From Eledone cirrhosa (taxonomy: Eukaryota), in the NCBI GenBank assembly GCA_964016885.1, contig OZ024742.1, positions 356,438,001 through 356,502,000 on the forward strand: a DNA stretch of 64,000 nucleotides, written 5' to 3'. Positions 1-12,543 of the stretch are shown piece by piece (position 1 is the first letter of the stretch; each line of letters opens with the position of its first letter). Made by a program: the position numbers and the translations under genes. The notes under the pieces are model-generated. The model saw only the letters and a list, made by a program, of their open reading frames with translations, searched no databases and had not been told where the DNA came from.

Positions 1-333
1 TATGACAATAAGTGCTCAGTCAACACTGTAAAGTGGTCATATGGGTGTCACAACAAAAAGTGCCAGTCCACATTGTAATGTGGTCATGTAAATATCACAA
101 CAAAAACCCCCAGCCTACATTGTAAATTGCTTGTCTATGTATCACGAAAAAAGCAGCCAGCACTCATTGTAAATGTGGTTGGCATTTGGAAGGGCATCCA
201 GTTGCAGTAACCGAGCCAAAATCAGTTGTGTCTGAGCAAAACATGGTCCCCGAACCTGTCTCACAATGTGGCAGCACATCTTACTCATGCTGGCATAGAA
301 CCTGGATGTTAAATGATGATGATGATGATGATA
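1..333 (+). mobile_element. SINE/RTE-LINE 3' tail with ~48-bp internal tandem units and (GAT)n tail
   Basis: About four imperfect copies of 'cacaacaaaaa..ccag.c.acattgtaa.tgtggt' are followed by 'ggcatttggaagggcatccag' and end in 'gttaaatgatgatgatgatgatgat'. The same motif occurs reversed at ~3684-3950 and ~11232-11425. Confidence 0.6.
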
Positions 334-524
334 GCAGGTATTTCTATATAAATATTCATAAAATTACGAATGATTTAGAGGTGCAGCATAAGTCTATAGA
401 GTGGAAAGACAATGAAAAAGGTGAGTCATGATATCAGGATAATCCGCATGATCTTGCTCCACTGCTCCATTGTACTTAATTTGAATCCACTCTCAAATAA
501 AGGACTGAAGACAGTGAAAAGATT

Positions 525-725
525 ATATATATGTGTACACACATATATATGTGTGCACATGTGTTTATGTATGTATACGCATATATACATATAAATACAC
601 ACACATATATATATCAGCTTTATTGCAACTACAACTTCGATTTATACTTATTAGTATTATATATATATTTACACACACACACACACATATATATATATGT
701 ATGTACACACACACATACAGAGAGA
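525..725. repeat. (TA/CA/TG)n compound microsatellite
   Basis: Dinucleotide runs seen directly. The overlapping Y/I/H/T-rich ORFs are artefacts. Confidence 0.9.
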
Positions 726-1909
726 CAGAAAATTCAATTTATCTCACTCTTAACTTTCCCACTGGGTGTAAACTTCAGGTAAAGTACTTACTTCAAGCAC
801 ATTGGGGAGCTTTATCGTAGTTCGATGTCATGTCATGCTTTCGTGTTTCTTCCTGATTGATTTTTAAATTTTGGACCGTCTGTAAAACTTTCAAATGCTT
901 CAAGCAATATTTGTTTCTATGTCTGCATGTTGATGTTAAATTATTTTCTTGTGTATGTATGCATGTGTATATTTGGGTTTCTTTTTTTACGGTATATTAG
1001 CTTTTTACCTCATATAGTTAAACATTTCCTGGTGCTTACAATATATGTTTTGGAAGGCTTACTGATTGAATATTTTATTTCAAAGTTATTTGTCTTTCTT
1101 TGACTATATATCCTTTTGATAGAAGTGTCACATTCTTTGTGCATATGTATGTATTTCGGAAGCTACTTTTATGCTATGAATAACAGCTTTAAATTTAACT
1201 TTGCATGAATTCTATATAACTTTCCCGTATGCCACTGTTCCTTGCTGTTAGCATGTGCCATTCAGTGAATAGAGGTTCAAATAAATGCAGTTGTACTTAA
1301 ATTATTAGATAGCTGTTTCTTTTACTAATCTGTTGCTATATATTTTTTACATTTTAATACTCTTATGCAGGGCTATATTCTTTACAAAATATATTCTGCA
1401 TTTAAAACATACAACTTAAACTAATATTTGTATTGCTGCTATTCAATAATGTTTCCTACTTATGGTCAAATAAGAAACATTTCCAACAATTTTTTTTGTT
1501 TTGTTTCTAAAATTACCTCTGCATTACAGGGTAAAAAACAAAGTCAGGTTTATTTACCTGCTTCTGTACATACGTTACTATCTGTGTATGCATTTTATTG
1601 TTTCATTGAATAAATATTTTTGTTTTTGGAAGTGGGGATGCACCTTTCTATACATAAACTGTATTATCAACAGTGAAAGCTTTTAACAGGATATCTCATT
1701 CTGTAATTTGGAGGGAAGTCAGGAAAATAAGGTAGAGCAATATCTTGTAAGGGCCATATATGCTATGTACAAATATGCAATCAACAACGTTAGAGGTAAC
1801 AATAAATATAGCAATGAATTTAGATTGCAGGTAGAGTTCTACCAACATGCAGTTTTTTTATTCTCTTCTCTCTTTTATAGTCCTCCAAGCCATAACAGAG
1901 GAATTTAAA

Positions 1910-2680
1910 ACTGGCTTCTCGTGGGAACTCTTACATGTTGCTAATCTAGGTTTCATAACAGAATGTCTGGTAGAATTTAGAGAAGAAATTTTAGGCATGG
2001 AAGCAATGCCTAGAATCTAAAGGCCTCAGAGTGAACTTAGAAAATATTAAAGTCCTTGTGTGTAGGAATGAAACAGCCCTGATTCCATCAGAAAAATTAT
2101 ATGTCAATATGCAGAAAAAGAGTTGACAGGAATTCTGTGGAGAATGTGTAATCTATGACTACAAGATATGTAACAGGAACACATACAGATTTATGAATAA
2201 TTTAGATTTCTTATGTGGCAGATACACAGGAGCAGTAAGCAGCAAGGATGCATGTGATACAAGTGCTATCAAATGCTTGGATGGCTTCCTAGGAGACCAA
2301 AGAGTTAAGAGTAAATTGTATGATACCTGTGTGCAAACTGTGATGCTGTACAGAAATGAAACTTGGACTATAAGTGCAAAGGATTTGCAAAGATTGGCAA
2401 GAAATGAGGCTAGTGTACTCCAATGGATGTGATATAGTTGTGGACATGAATGACAAACTGAGCATAAGACAGATTAGTTGCAGTGTACAAGAGAAGGAGG
2501 TACATCAGTATGAGCATGTGATGTGTATAGAGGGTGATAGCTGCATAAAAAAGTGCACTGCACTCAGTCAAATAAACCCATGGCAGAGAAAGATCTATCA
2601 AAACATGAGGTGATATGGTGAAGGCTGATCTTATGAAGTTGAACTTCATGATGGAGTTGGCACAAGATTGAGGTGATTGG
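1910..2680 (+). pseudogene. Decayed RTE-clade LINE reverse transcriptase fragment
   Basis: Remnants include 'WELL(YADDL)'-like sequence at ~1920 and 'KGLRVNL' at ~2020. ORF 2193-2432 reads RVKSKLYDTCVQTVMLYRNETW..RLARNEASVLQWM, matching the RTE C-terminal motif LY..CV...MLYGSETW. Multiple stops and frameshifts. Confidence 0.7.
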
Positions 2681-3242
2681 TAATTTGCTTTACTAAAAGT
2701 ATCCTACCCTCACACATGAGCAGGATAAGATGTGCATTTTCTACGTGTGTTTAAGGGATATGTTGGTATGCATGATAGTATATGGAAGGTGTTCTGTTGC
2801 AAGTGTTATGTGTGTTTATTGTGAGTATATGTACAGTGGGCACATATGTATTTATGTGTGTGTATGATGTACATATGTGTCACTTTTAGGAGTCTGTGTG
2901 ACTTTTACATAGTGTATATGGAGAAGAGTGTAAGTGAAGCTGGAATGCCTGTGTCTGCATATGTGTGTTTGTTTGTGTGTGTGTTTATGTATGTATTTGC
3001 ATATGTGTATTTGTGAATGTGTTTATGTATATGCATTTTTAGTTTGAAATAACTGAGGTTAGGAATTAAGTTTTCATGAGATATTGTTAATCTCTAGGAT
3101 TGTATAATCTAGGTTCAAGTTAGGAATAAACAGAAAAATCACAGATCGTACAAACATCCTTAGGAAAAAATGAAGGATATTTTTGATTTATTTTCTCTTT
3201 TGTGGGGGCTTTAAATATTGCAATAATCTTTTCACACATGGG

Positions 3243-3559
3243 CAGGGCCAGATTTAATAGAAGACAAAGGGGGAAATTGCCCTTGGCTCCCTGCAGTGGG
3301 GGGGTGAGGGGCACCAGTGACGGCCATAAAAATGTATTTGTGCCCTCAGTTGGGCTTTTTAGTTTTAGGATGGTTAGAATTTTTGAATTTAGTACCTGTA
3401 TGTATAACATTACAATTTCAATTACTTGTGCCAAGCTAACTTTGATATGTAAATTGGGGGTTTGCTGTGTATTCTAATATTTTTTTGTATGAGCCCCCCC
3501 CCCCCCACACACACACACCTAAAGTGTCCTAGGCAATCCAAGATCTAAGTTCAACCCTG
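3243..3559. mobile_element. hAT-type MITE with 8-bp TSD
   Basis: Left TIR is CAGGGCCAGATTTA and the right end is a degenerate ...AAGTTCAACCCTG. A perfect TSD CACATGGG sits at 3235-3242 and 3560-3567. The internal sequence is homologous to 11430-11580. Confidence 0.8.
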
Positions 3560-3683
3560 CACATGGGTGGCATAATTCATTATGAATACATTGAAGAATA
3601 TTGTAATCTGGTTGAACAGAACATTTCACACAAAATATTACTGTTTACAGATTTATTTTCTACTTCTTCTTCATCACCACTCT

Positions 3684-3950
3684 AATCATCATCATCATCA
3701 CCACTGTTTAATGTCTATTTTCCATGTTTACATGGGTTAGAAGGGCTGACACATTATGGGGTTAGAAAGTTCAAGTGACCATGTTTTGCTTATTTACACT
3801 TCTTAACACTGACTACCTTACAGATTGTACTGGGACTTTCTTTTCATGGCATTAGACCTTCCGCCTTACTGAATGGACTGGGGTATTCTTGTCATGGCAC
3901 CAGTATGATCACCTTAAAGGGATAGCTAGGTACATTTTTCATGGCAGCAG
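3684..3950 (-). mobile_element. Degenerate SINE/RTE tail copy
   Basis: A (CAT)n tail is followed by 'tttaatgtctattttccatg' and repeated 'actggg..tt.tt.tcatggca' units. It is a reverse-orientation relative of 1-333. Confidence 0.5.
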
Positions 3951-4429
3951 AATTATAGAAAAGATGTTTGAACCTCGTTCATCATCTTTTGTCACTGTTT
4001 ATATTTCCTTTACAGGATTTATTGTGTAATATAGCCTGAAATAAGTATGAGATTTGTAAAATATTATATGTGATTTCACCAACTATTTTATTAACTTATT
4101 AGATTTTCTGATTTTCTGATATTAGTATCAGTGATTTAACATTTTCATTCAATTAATTAAATTGAATTTTTCTCATAAATTGTTAAATTAATTGTTTAAT
4201 TAAAAAAAATAATAATTGTATTATCTTAAACTAGTTTTCAAAATAATGTCTTTTAATAAGGTTTAGCAGAGATAACTGGAAATAAAATAATGGAGAGAAG
4301 ATTATATTAATCCTTGTTTAGGAGATTAGTATCAGTGTATATAAATATTATCAAGAATGACAATAAATGCAGGTGAGAGTTGTGACATGGTTTTACTTCA
4401 CAGAAGTCAAATAAATTGTTATAAAGAAG

Positions 4430-4778
4430 TGTTACCACATGTTGATGTTCAGGTGGTCACAACTCCCAGACTGGAGTGTGTGGAGGAGAACAGAAAATCT
4501 TCTCTTGGTAAGGTTCAAGTGTTTCTTTAGGCTGCCGGTGTTCTTCTTCTTGGGTGCAAAGGAAGTGAAACAGGAGTCATCTCTTGAAAAGGTCTCAGGT
4601 GTACTTGTCCCTTCGAAGTTCAGGAGTAGAGTGTGTCTTATGTTGATTGTCCTCAACTATATAGTCCCCAGGGGGACGCAACTCCGTTTAGTACATGAAA
4701 CTGCCACTGGGAACCGCGCCCGTCGCAAAGGGACGTAACTCCTATACGTGATGAGCCACAGCCGTAAAGGGCCGCTAC
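4430..4778 (-). mobile_element. Putative 3' LTR of Gypsy element A
   Basis: On the minus strand it ends ...TGGTAACA at 4430 and has an internal TATA-like ctatatag at ~4657. It is preceded by the purine-rich PPT-like 'ctggtggagag' (~4779-4789) and lies downstream of the integrase. The inner boundary is approximate. Confidence 0.5.
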
Positions 4779-5018
4779 TCTCCACCAGACGCTAGGCAAA
4801 AAGCCCGAATGTAACTGTAGCGAACCCACAAGCATGGGCTCCCAGCACAGGCATGAAATATCAACGCAAGGTGTACATGTATGAAATCAGGCATGAAATG
4901 GTAAAGAAAAGGTACACAATAATACAATAAAGAGAAAAACAAAAAAAAGGCTCCAGTGGCCAGTTCACATGAAAACAGTTTGGCAGAGTTTGTTTCTAAA
5001 AAGGCTCCACTGGCCAGT

Positions 5019-5975
5019 TCATATGATAGAAGTTTGGAAGGGTTCCTTGGGCCAGTGGACTCTTCGACCGGAACGGGTTGTGGTCTTGTATCTTGGTGAT
5101 GGGGGGGGGGGCAAAGAAACAGATGTGTGTGCAAAAGAGAAAGATGGGGTTGTATGTGGCTCAGGTGTGTGAGCATCTGTGTGGGCCCGTTTAAGTTTAT
5201 CAACCGCAATGGTCTCTCTGGATCCCTTAATGTCTACAGTGAAATGTTTATCAGAACGAGCTAATATGCGGTAGGGTCCAGAGTACGGTTGTGTGAGAGG
5301 TGGTCTCACGGCATCGTTTCTTACGAACACATGGGTCCACGAGGCAATATCCCTCTGGACTGCATATTTTACAGTTTGTTTCCTCGTATCCATCGGCGGC
5401 AGGTCCTGAAAATAGGAGCGCACACGAGATACGTAGGAAACAGGGTCCTGGAAAGGAAGATCAACAGGGGCAAGCATTTTCCCAGGCAACACTAGAGGAG
5501 CATCATTCAGTAATTCGGCCGGGGAGAACCCAAGGTCCTCCTTTATTGATGACCGAATTCCTAACAACACAATTGGAAGGTACTCGCTCCGACGTTGAGA
5601 GTCTGGATAGGCGCGAAGAGCGGCCTTTAATTGGCAGTGGAATCGTTCCACCATTCCGTTTGAAGCAGGATGAAAGGCTGTGGTCCGAATCCGTTGAGCG
5701 CCAATGATATTTGTCAGCTCAGAGAAAAGATGAGACTCAAATTGTCTACCATGGTCCGTGGTGACTGTAGTTGGTACCCCAAAGCGGGTAATCCACCCTG
5801 ATACCAGGGCACGCGCTACAGCCTCGGCAGTTATATCTTGTAAGGGGATGGCTTCAGGCCATCGCGAAAAACGATCGATACAGGTCAAGAGGTACGAATA
5901 TCCACTGCTGAATGGCCAAGGTCCAAAGATGTCAATGTGGATGTGTTGAAACCGAGCATCTGGAGTACTGAACAA
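5019..5975 (-). pseudogene. Gypsy/Ty3 element A integrase (5'-truncated pol)
   Basis: [56 protein letters not shown] is an rve DDE core. A GPY/F motif (PYSGPYRIL) and the C-terminal [11 protein letters not shown] follow. Confidence 0.92.
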
Positions 5976-6272
5976 GCCCGGATCATAGCAGAAGATGCCA
6001 AGAAGAGTGTCGCGGCGATAGCAACTACAGAGGCTCAAGACAGCTGGCAGTGAAATGGTGAAAGGGAGGCAACCACGGCACGCGGTCGCCCGCGAACGTT
6101 TAGAGGTCGCTGTTTTAGGTGCCAGGGCCCGCACATGGCTCGAGACTGTAAAGAGTCAAGGCCGGAAATAATATGCTACCGGTGTAAGCGACAAGGCCAC
6201 ATCGCTACTAACTGCGACCAGGGAAATGATCCAAGAAGAACTACTGCGCCGGTAGTTGTCCCTTACGAGTAG
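5976..6272 (+). pseudogene. Gypsy element B gag C-terminus with two zinc knuckles
   Basis: Manual translation gives [43 protein letters not shown]..., with stop TAG at 6270-6272. Confidence 0.85.
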
Positions 6273-8897
6273 AGGCGCTGCTCGTGGTGGAAGTCTTCGT
6301 GAGGGGAAAGCCACAGCGAGCCCTCGTGGACACGGGCTGTACGACGACACTGGTGACCGTGGGGATGGCGCAGAGGTGGAGAGGGAAGAGAAGCGCAAGG
6401 GCAGTCGACGGCAGGAACATTGAATGCCGAGGTCGCAGCGAGGTAGAGATAGCGGTACGGGGAAGGAAAATAAGGTTTTGTGCCATCGTAGTTGACAACG
6501 TGGTGGATGGGATAGGCGTGGTTATGGGCATGGACGCAATTGGCCGTCTAGATGGCGTCACAGTGAACAACGTCAGTGTGTCGTTTGGCGGCGCAGCATC
6601 GGTATGCGCTGTGAGTACGCGACAGGAGAACCAGAAGGCCCACGAGGAGAAATATCCCGCTTACACTGTGCAGGACAAAGACTTCAAGGCCGTGCTCGAT
6701 GAGCAGCGATGGGTTGTTGAGTGGTACTGGAAGGGAGAACCACCAACACTGAAGACCAAAGTGGGCTGCTATCAACACACATTGAAGGGAAACATTAGGA
6801 GCGAGCTCGAGCGAGAGGTAGAGAGATAGATTGAGGAGGGCATACTGCTTCCCTGGAAAGAGGAGGTGAAGTGCGGAGTATTGCCGTTAATGGCGGTGGC
6901 GCAACCCACGAAGAACAAGGTGAGGCCGGTGCTGGACTTTCGGGAGCTGAACGAGCACGTGTCATGCCACACGGTTGGCGAGGTCACGGATGTCTGTCGG
7001 GAAACCCTGCGTGAGTGGAGACGCATGACGGGGGGTTCAGCAATCGTAGATCTAAAGTCGGCATACTTGCAATTGCATATAGATGAGAAGCTCTGGCAGT
7101 ATCAGCTGGTCAGGTATAAGGGCCGGACATATTGCCTGACCAGGCTCGGTTTCGGGCTGAGCTCCGCACCGAAGATCATGGCGGCGGTGTTGAAGACCAT
7201 TCTGGGAAAGGCCGACAAGATGAAGAGGGCCACTAACTCCTACATTGACGACATCCTAGTGGACGAGTCTGTGGTGTCGGCGGCGGAGGTCACGTGCCAT
7301 TTACAGGGGTATGGACTGGCTGCGAAGTCGTCAGAAGCGTTGGAGGGAGCAGCCGCACTGGGACTTAGGCTACAGCGAGACAGGACGGGCGTCTTGGTAT
7401 TCCAGAGGGGAAATGAAGTTCCAGAACTGAGCCCAAGTATGAGTGGGCGGGAGCTTTTCTCGGTGTGTGGAAAGTTGGTGGGTCACTACCCAATTGCTGG
7501 GTGGCTCTGGACGGTATGCAGCTATGTCAAGAGACGAGCGGGAGGGGTGAGTTGGAGTGACAGAGTGAGAGAGAGGACGGTGGCCATGATGCAGGAGATC
7601 GTGGGGGAGGGTGAAGGCCGACCTCCCAGTTCGGGGACGCAGGTATGTTCCCAAATCGCAGAGCGGGACCGTATGGTGCTATGCCAGCAGCATAGCGCTG
7701 GGTGTCACGTTGGAGATAGGAGGTGTTGAGGTCGAGGATGCAGCCTGGCTTAGGAAGAAGGACGACTGAAACCACATCAATTTGGCCGAACTGGACGCAG
7801 TGTTGAGAGGGGTGAACCTCGCCCTGAGGTGGGGACTGCGCACCATCGAGATACGCACCGACTCGGCTACTGTACTCGGATGGGTGAAATCAGTGCTCAC
7901 CAGTGAGAAGAGAGTGCGAACGAGAGGGGCGGCGGAGATGCTGATAAAGCGCCGCCTGGGAACTTTAGGAGAGCTGGCCACCGAGTTCGACCTGAGCGTA
8001 GTTTTCGTGCCCTCAGAGAAAAATAGGGCGGACGTCTTAACTAGGGTGAAGAAAGCCTGGATGGAAGCGCCGGAGGAGGTAGAAGATGAGATAGCTGCCG
8101 TGTGTCGGCTGACCGAATCGGATCTGAAAGGATTGCATGGCATGCACTACATGGGAGTGGATAGGAGCCTGTTCGTAGCCAGGAGAATCGACTCGGACGT
8201 TAACAGACACACTGTTCAAAGGGTGGTTAGAGGCTGCGTCCGATGTCAGTCCATTGATCCCGCCGCGGGTGTGCACGAAACGGGAAGCCTCCCGGTGGAT
8301 CGCGACTGGAAGCGATTGGCGGTGGATGTAACGCACTACCGACAGGGAACGTACCTCTCGATGGTCGACTGTGGACCAGGACGGATGGCGATATGGAGGG
8401 AGATGAAGACTGGAACGGCCGAGGAAATCATGCGGACTTTGAGAGAGGTGTTCTTGGAGCGGGGCCCTGTGGACGAACTACTGATGGTCAACAGCGTAGC
8501 GTTCCGCTCGGAGGCGCTGAGGGAGATGCTCGATGGATGGAAGGTGGACCGTTTCTTCAGAGCAGCGCACAGGCTGAGCGGGAATGGAATTGTGGAGCGA
8601 CACCACCGGACGATCAAGGCAATGGCGGAGTGGGGCCATATCTCACCAATGGAGGCAGTGTTCTAGTACAACATGTCCCCTCGGGTGGGACAGGTCGAGG
8701 AATCGGTGCCACACAGAGCAGTATTCAGATACGAGTGGTGGCACCCGTGCACGCCACCACAACGGCCAGTGGGGAGAGAGAGTGCATTCGTGCAGGTGGG
8801 CGAAGAAGTCTGGGTTAAGCCCCCAGATGCACGTTGCACATCTCAATGGGGAAGGGGAACGGTGACGGCCGTAAATTCCCAGAACAATGTGTCTGTG
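6221..8897 (+). pseudogene. Gypsy element B pol (protease, RT, RNase H, integrase), disrupted
   Basis: Protease motif ALVDTGCT; RT motifs RPVLDFRELN, VDLKSAYLQL and SYIDDIL; RNase H motifs AELDAV..RTDSA..NRADVL; integrase HHCC (H-H-CVRC) plus VDVTH..GNGIVERHH. Stops at 6827, ~7767 and 8664, and a frameshift near 7610. Confidence 0.92.
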
Positions 8898-8901
8898 GGG
8901 A

Positions 8902-8966
8902 GTGCTCGACCGGAAGAGTGCTTGACCGGAAGGGTGCTTGGCCGGAAGGGTGCTCGACCGGAAGGG
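8902..8966 (+). repeat. 16-bp tandem repeat x4 (probable LTR remnant of element B)
   Basis: A gtgctcgaccggaagg-like unit is repeated four times right after the truncated integrase. Confidence 0.65.
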
Positions 8967-9562
8967 CCAGCAGATCGGCCTCTCTCTAGTGGTGACCATG
9001 AACGGTGTGGACGCGAGTTTTGGCAGCTCCCGGTGTTAATGAGTTGGACGCACGTGGAAGAGGAGAAACCAGCAATGGGATTTAGTGACGCCTATGAAAA
9101 GCGGTAAGTGAGATAGCTTTTTCTAACCACATTATCATTAGGATTGTGTTGAGATGGGAGGAGAGATGAAGGGTGAGGATAATAATATTACTTCCATTAA
9201 TCAAAATTGCTAAAAGAAATTGCAGATAGTTGGCCAGGGAACTGGCATATGACATGGTTTGCAGCTCTGTGGAATAAAGATATCCCATCATACAATACTC
9301 CATGGAGAACAAAAGGAAAGACCTAAAGAAGATTCTTTCACTTGATTTATAAAGATTATAAATATAGGAAAATATTAATGTAATGACTTCTTACAATGGC
9401 TCTCTAAGAATATTAGTCTTAATTGCTTCCATTGTAAGAAACAATTATATTTAAGTGGTTTTTAATTAAGCAAAATATTATTTCAGGCAATTTAAAAAGA
9501 AAATACCAATATTTTGTAAGATTTAACAGAGTGTTCATAGAAAATAAGTTTTATTATTATTA

Positions 9563-10795
9563 TTGGCTGTAGGGTGGTGGATTGGCAGTATCGGTAAAGG
9601 GTCGGACACTATGCTGTGCAGTATAGTTACGACCCTTTATGATCTGAGTTCAAATCCTGCCGAGTTTAACTTTGTCTTTCATCCTTACAGGGTCAATAAA
9701 ATAAAGTACCAGTCACACACTAGGTTCGATTTAATCGACTTTCCCCTCCCCAAAAATTGCTGGCCTTGTGTCTATATAAGAAACCATTATTATTATTGGT
9801 GGGTTGGCTGAGTTCAAATCCCGCCAAGGTTAACTTTGCCTTTCATCCTTACGGGGTCGATAAAATTAAGTACCAGTAATACACTAGGATAATTGCTGGC
9901 TTTGTACCAAAAGTAGAAACAATTATTATTGGCAGTGGATTGGCAGGATCGGTAGAGCACCGGACACCATGCTTTGTAGCATAGAGTTGCAGCTATTTAT
10001 ATACAGAGTTCAAATCCCACTGTGGTTAGCTCTGCTTTTCATCCTTACGGTGTTGATAAATCAAGTACCAGTAATGCACTGGGGTCGATTTAATCGATTT
10101 TCCCCTCCCCTTTCAAATAGCTGGCCTTGTGACTAAAGTAGAAATAATTACTATTATCATTGGCAGTATCGGTAAAACGTTGGACAACATGTTGTGCAGC
10201 AGAGTTATGGCCCTTTACATTCTGAGTTCAAATTCTGCTGAGTTTAGCTTTGCCTTTTATACATACAGGGTGAATGAAATAAAGCTCCAGTTTAGCACTG
10301 GCGTCGATTTAGGTGATTTCCACTCCTCTACAATCGTTGGCCTTCTTCCTAAATCAGAAATCATTGTTATTATTATTATTAGGCGGGAGGTTGGCAGTAT
10401 CGGTAGAGGGTCGGATGGCATGTTTTGCAGCATAGAGTTACGGTCCTTCACAGTCTGAGTTCAAATCCCGCCGAGATTAACTTTGCCTTTCATCCTTACG
10501 GGGTCGATAAATAAAACACCAATAATGCACTGGGGTAATTGCTGGCCTTGTGTCAAAAGTAGAAACTACTATTATTATTAAGGAGAGTAGACTGGTAGTA
10601 TCAATCGAGCATTTGCCAGCATGCCTTGTGGCATAGGGGTACTTCAGATTTCAAATCCTGCCAAAGTTAGTTTTGCCTTTCATCCCTATAGGGTTGATAA
10701 AATAACGTACCAGTAATGCACGAGAGTCGATTTAATCAACTTTTCCTCCTCCAGATTGTTGGCCTTGTTTCTAATTCAAAATCATTATTATTAGC
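9563..10795 (+). mobile_element. Head-to-tail array of ~6 tRNA-derived SINE copies
   Basis: Units start at ~9563, 9797 (truncated), 9930, 10160, 10381 and 10580. Each has an A-box-like TGGCAGTATCGG, a B-box GAGTTCAAATCC, a body 'ctttgcctttcatccttacggggtcgataaa..aagtaccag' and an (ATT)n tail. Confidence 0.85.
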
Positions 10796-11203
10796 ATCAT
10801 CATCATCATCATCTTCATGCTTTTTTTTGGGTGGGGGTGGGGTTACATCCTGAGAAGCCACGTTCAAACTATAGTCTTGAACTGCTATAAAGATGTCACT
10901 TGATTGACAGTACTATCATTAATATGTGGCACATCCCCTCATGTCACATCTACCTCAGCAAATACTGGTATTTCAGGATACTTATCAATCATTAGTAATG
11001 TTTCTCACTCATTACTGAGGCAGTAAGGCTGATAGCTTATGTAGAGATTTTATAGTTAAAATGCTTTGGGGGACATTTTTTTTGTTTTTTTGCATATAAT
11101 GCAGTACTTAGGTGGCTGTAATATGACCATAGCTTAAAATGTCCACAGTAAGATATATGTGAGTTTATTATATATAAACATATTGTATATACTTCCATAT
11201 ATA

Positions 11204-11629
11204 CAGAGCTGGATTTAATGGGGCCTCTGATACCTGTCTATCCTGCACGCTAGCATGGGTTAGATTGGTTTGTCTCATTTAGAGGCAAGTTGGGTCCGGT
11301 GATTGTGTCTCGCTCTTATAGGACTAGTTCTGGCAGGTTTTCTATGGCTGGATACCCTTCCTAATGCCAACCACATTTACAATGTGGACTGGGCACTTTT
11401 TGTTGTGACACCTACATGACCACTTTACAGTGATGGCCATAGCAATTTATTTGTGCCCTCAGCTGGGTTTTTTAGTTTTAGGATGGTTAAGTTTTTTTAA
11501 TTTAATAACTCTATGTATAACATTTCAATAACAATTACTGGAACCAAACTGACTTTGACAGGTAAAATTGGGGGTTTGTCCCCAAACCCTGAAGTACCCC
11601 AGGTCCCTCAAAGTATAAATCTGGCCCTG
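11204..11629. mobile_element. Second hAT-type MITE copy, interrupted by a nested SINE tail (~11232-11425, minus)
   Basis: Left end is CAGAGCTGGATTTA. Right end is TAAATCTGGCCCTG, the exact reverse complement of the 3243 TIR. TSD is CATATATA/CATATATG (7/8 match). Confidence 0.75.
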
Positions 11630-12457
11630 CATATATGCTTCTATTGTTAACAATGCTATGTTAGTGCTACTGCTAAGTAATATTAGCCCATCATTCATTT
11701 TATGCAAAAGAGCATCTCCATATATGTATCATTTGCCAAATTTCTATATGTTATTAACTTGTCTACCTCAGTATTGAATAAGTAAAATTTACTGATAATG
11801 AATAAATATCTTGAAATACAAGGACTTGACATTTTCACGTGTCTATTGAAGAAGTTGTGTCATGATCACATCTTAAAATACATACAATGAGATCTTGTGT
11901 TTAATATGGAGAAACATATAATATATTCTTCCATATATGCCTCTATAGTGAAAAGAAAATATAGATATCAGAATTTTGCCATTAAAATGAAGCCTTACAA
12001 TTTAAGAAGATGCTACAGCTGCCAAATCATTCTATAATTTTCTGTTACACATCCTAATCCTCTACTAACAAAACTTGACATTGTCAGTTTCAGTGGTCTT
12101 CGTAAATATATGTTACATAATATATTATATTCTTATACCCATTGTGTTATACGTTTGTCACTATTTGCCTGACTTGATTACTGGTTCTGCTCTGAAATGA
12201 TTCAGTTATAGAAGCAATTGCTCAAACATTATGCAAATATTCAGATTTAGTGAAAAACATCCAAATCAGGATATACAATAAATGCAGAGTAAATAAGAAA
12301 GTAAAAGATAAAAATATTAATGAACTTGTGTATATAACCAGCAGATTCTGAGAAGAACAATCAGTCAAAATATGGCATGTCATATTTAAAACATTTTACA
12401 GGTAAAACTTGGGTTTGAAATAAAAGTGATATTGTAATTCTAGCATGCACACACACA

Positions 12458-12475
12458 TCTACCTATCTATCTATG

Positions 12476-12542
<67 letters not shown>

Positions 12543-12543
12543 A
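12458..12543. repeat. (CTAT)n tetranucleotide microsatellite
   Basis: Seen directly. Confidence 0.95.

Noticed and set aside
792-879. Exon-like segment on the minus strand (ttttacag..gtaagt), and similar splice-like sites near 420, 4322-4372 and 9105
   Set aside because: There are stops in all frames or no consistent gene model. This cannot be supported without transcript data.
5019-6134. 371-aa ORF as an intact gene
   Set aside because: The first ~50 codons are the antisense of the neighbouring element's gag. Only the integrase part is genuine.
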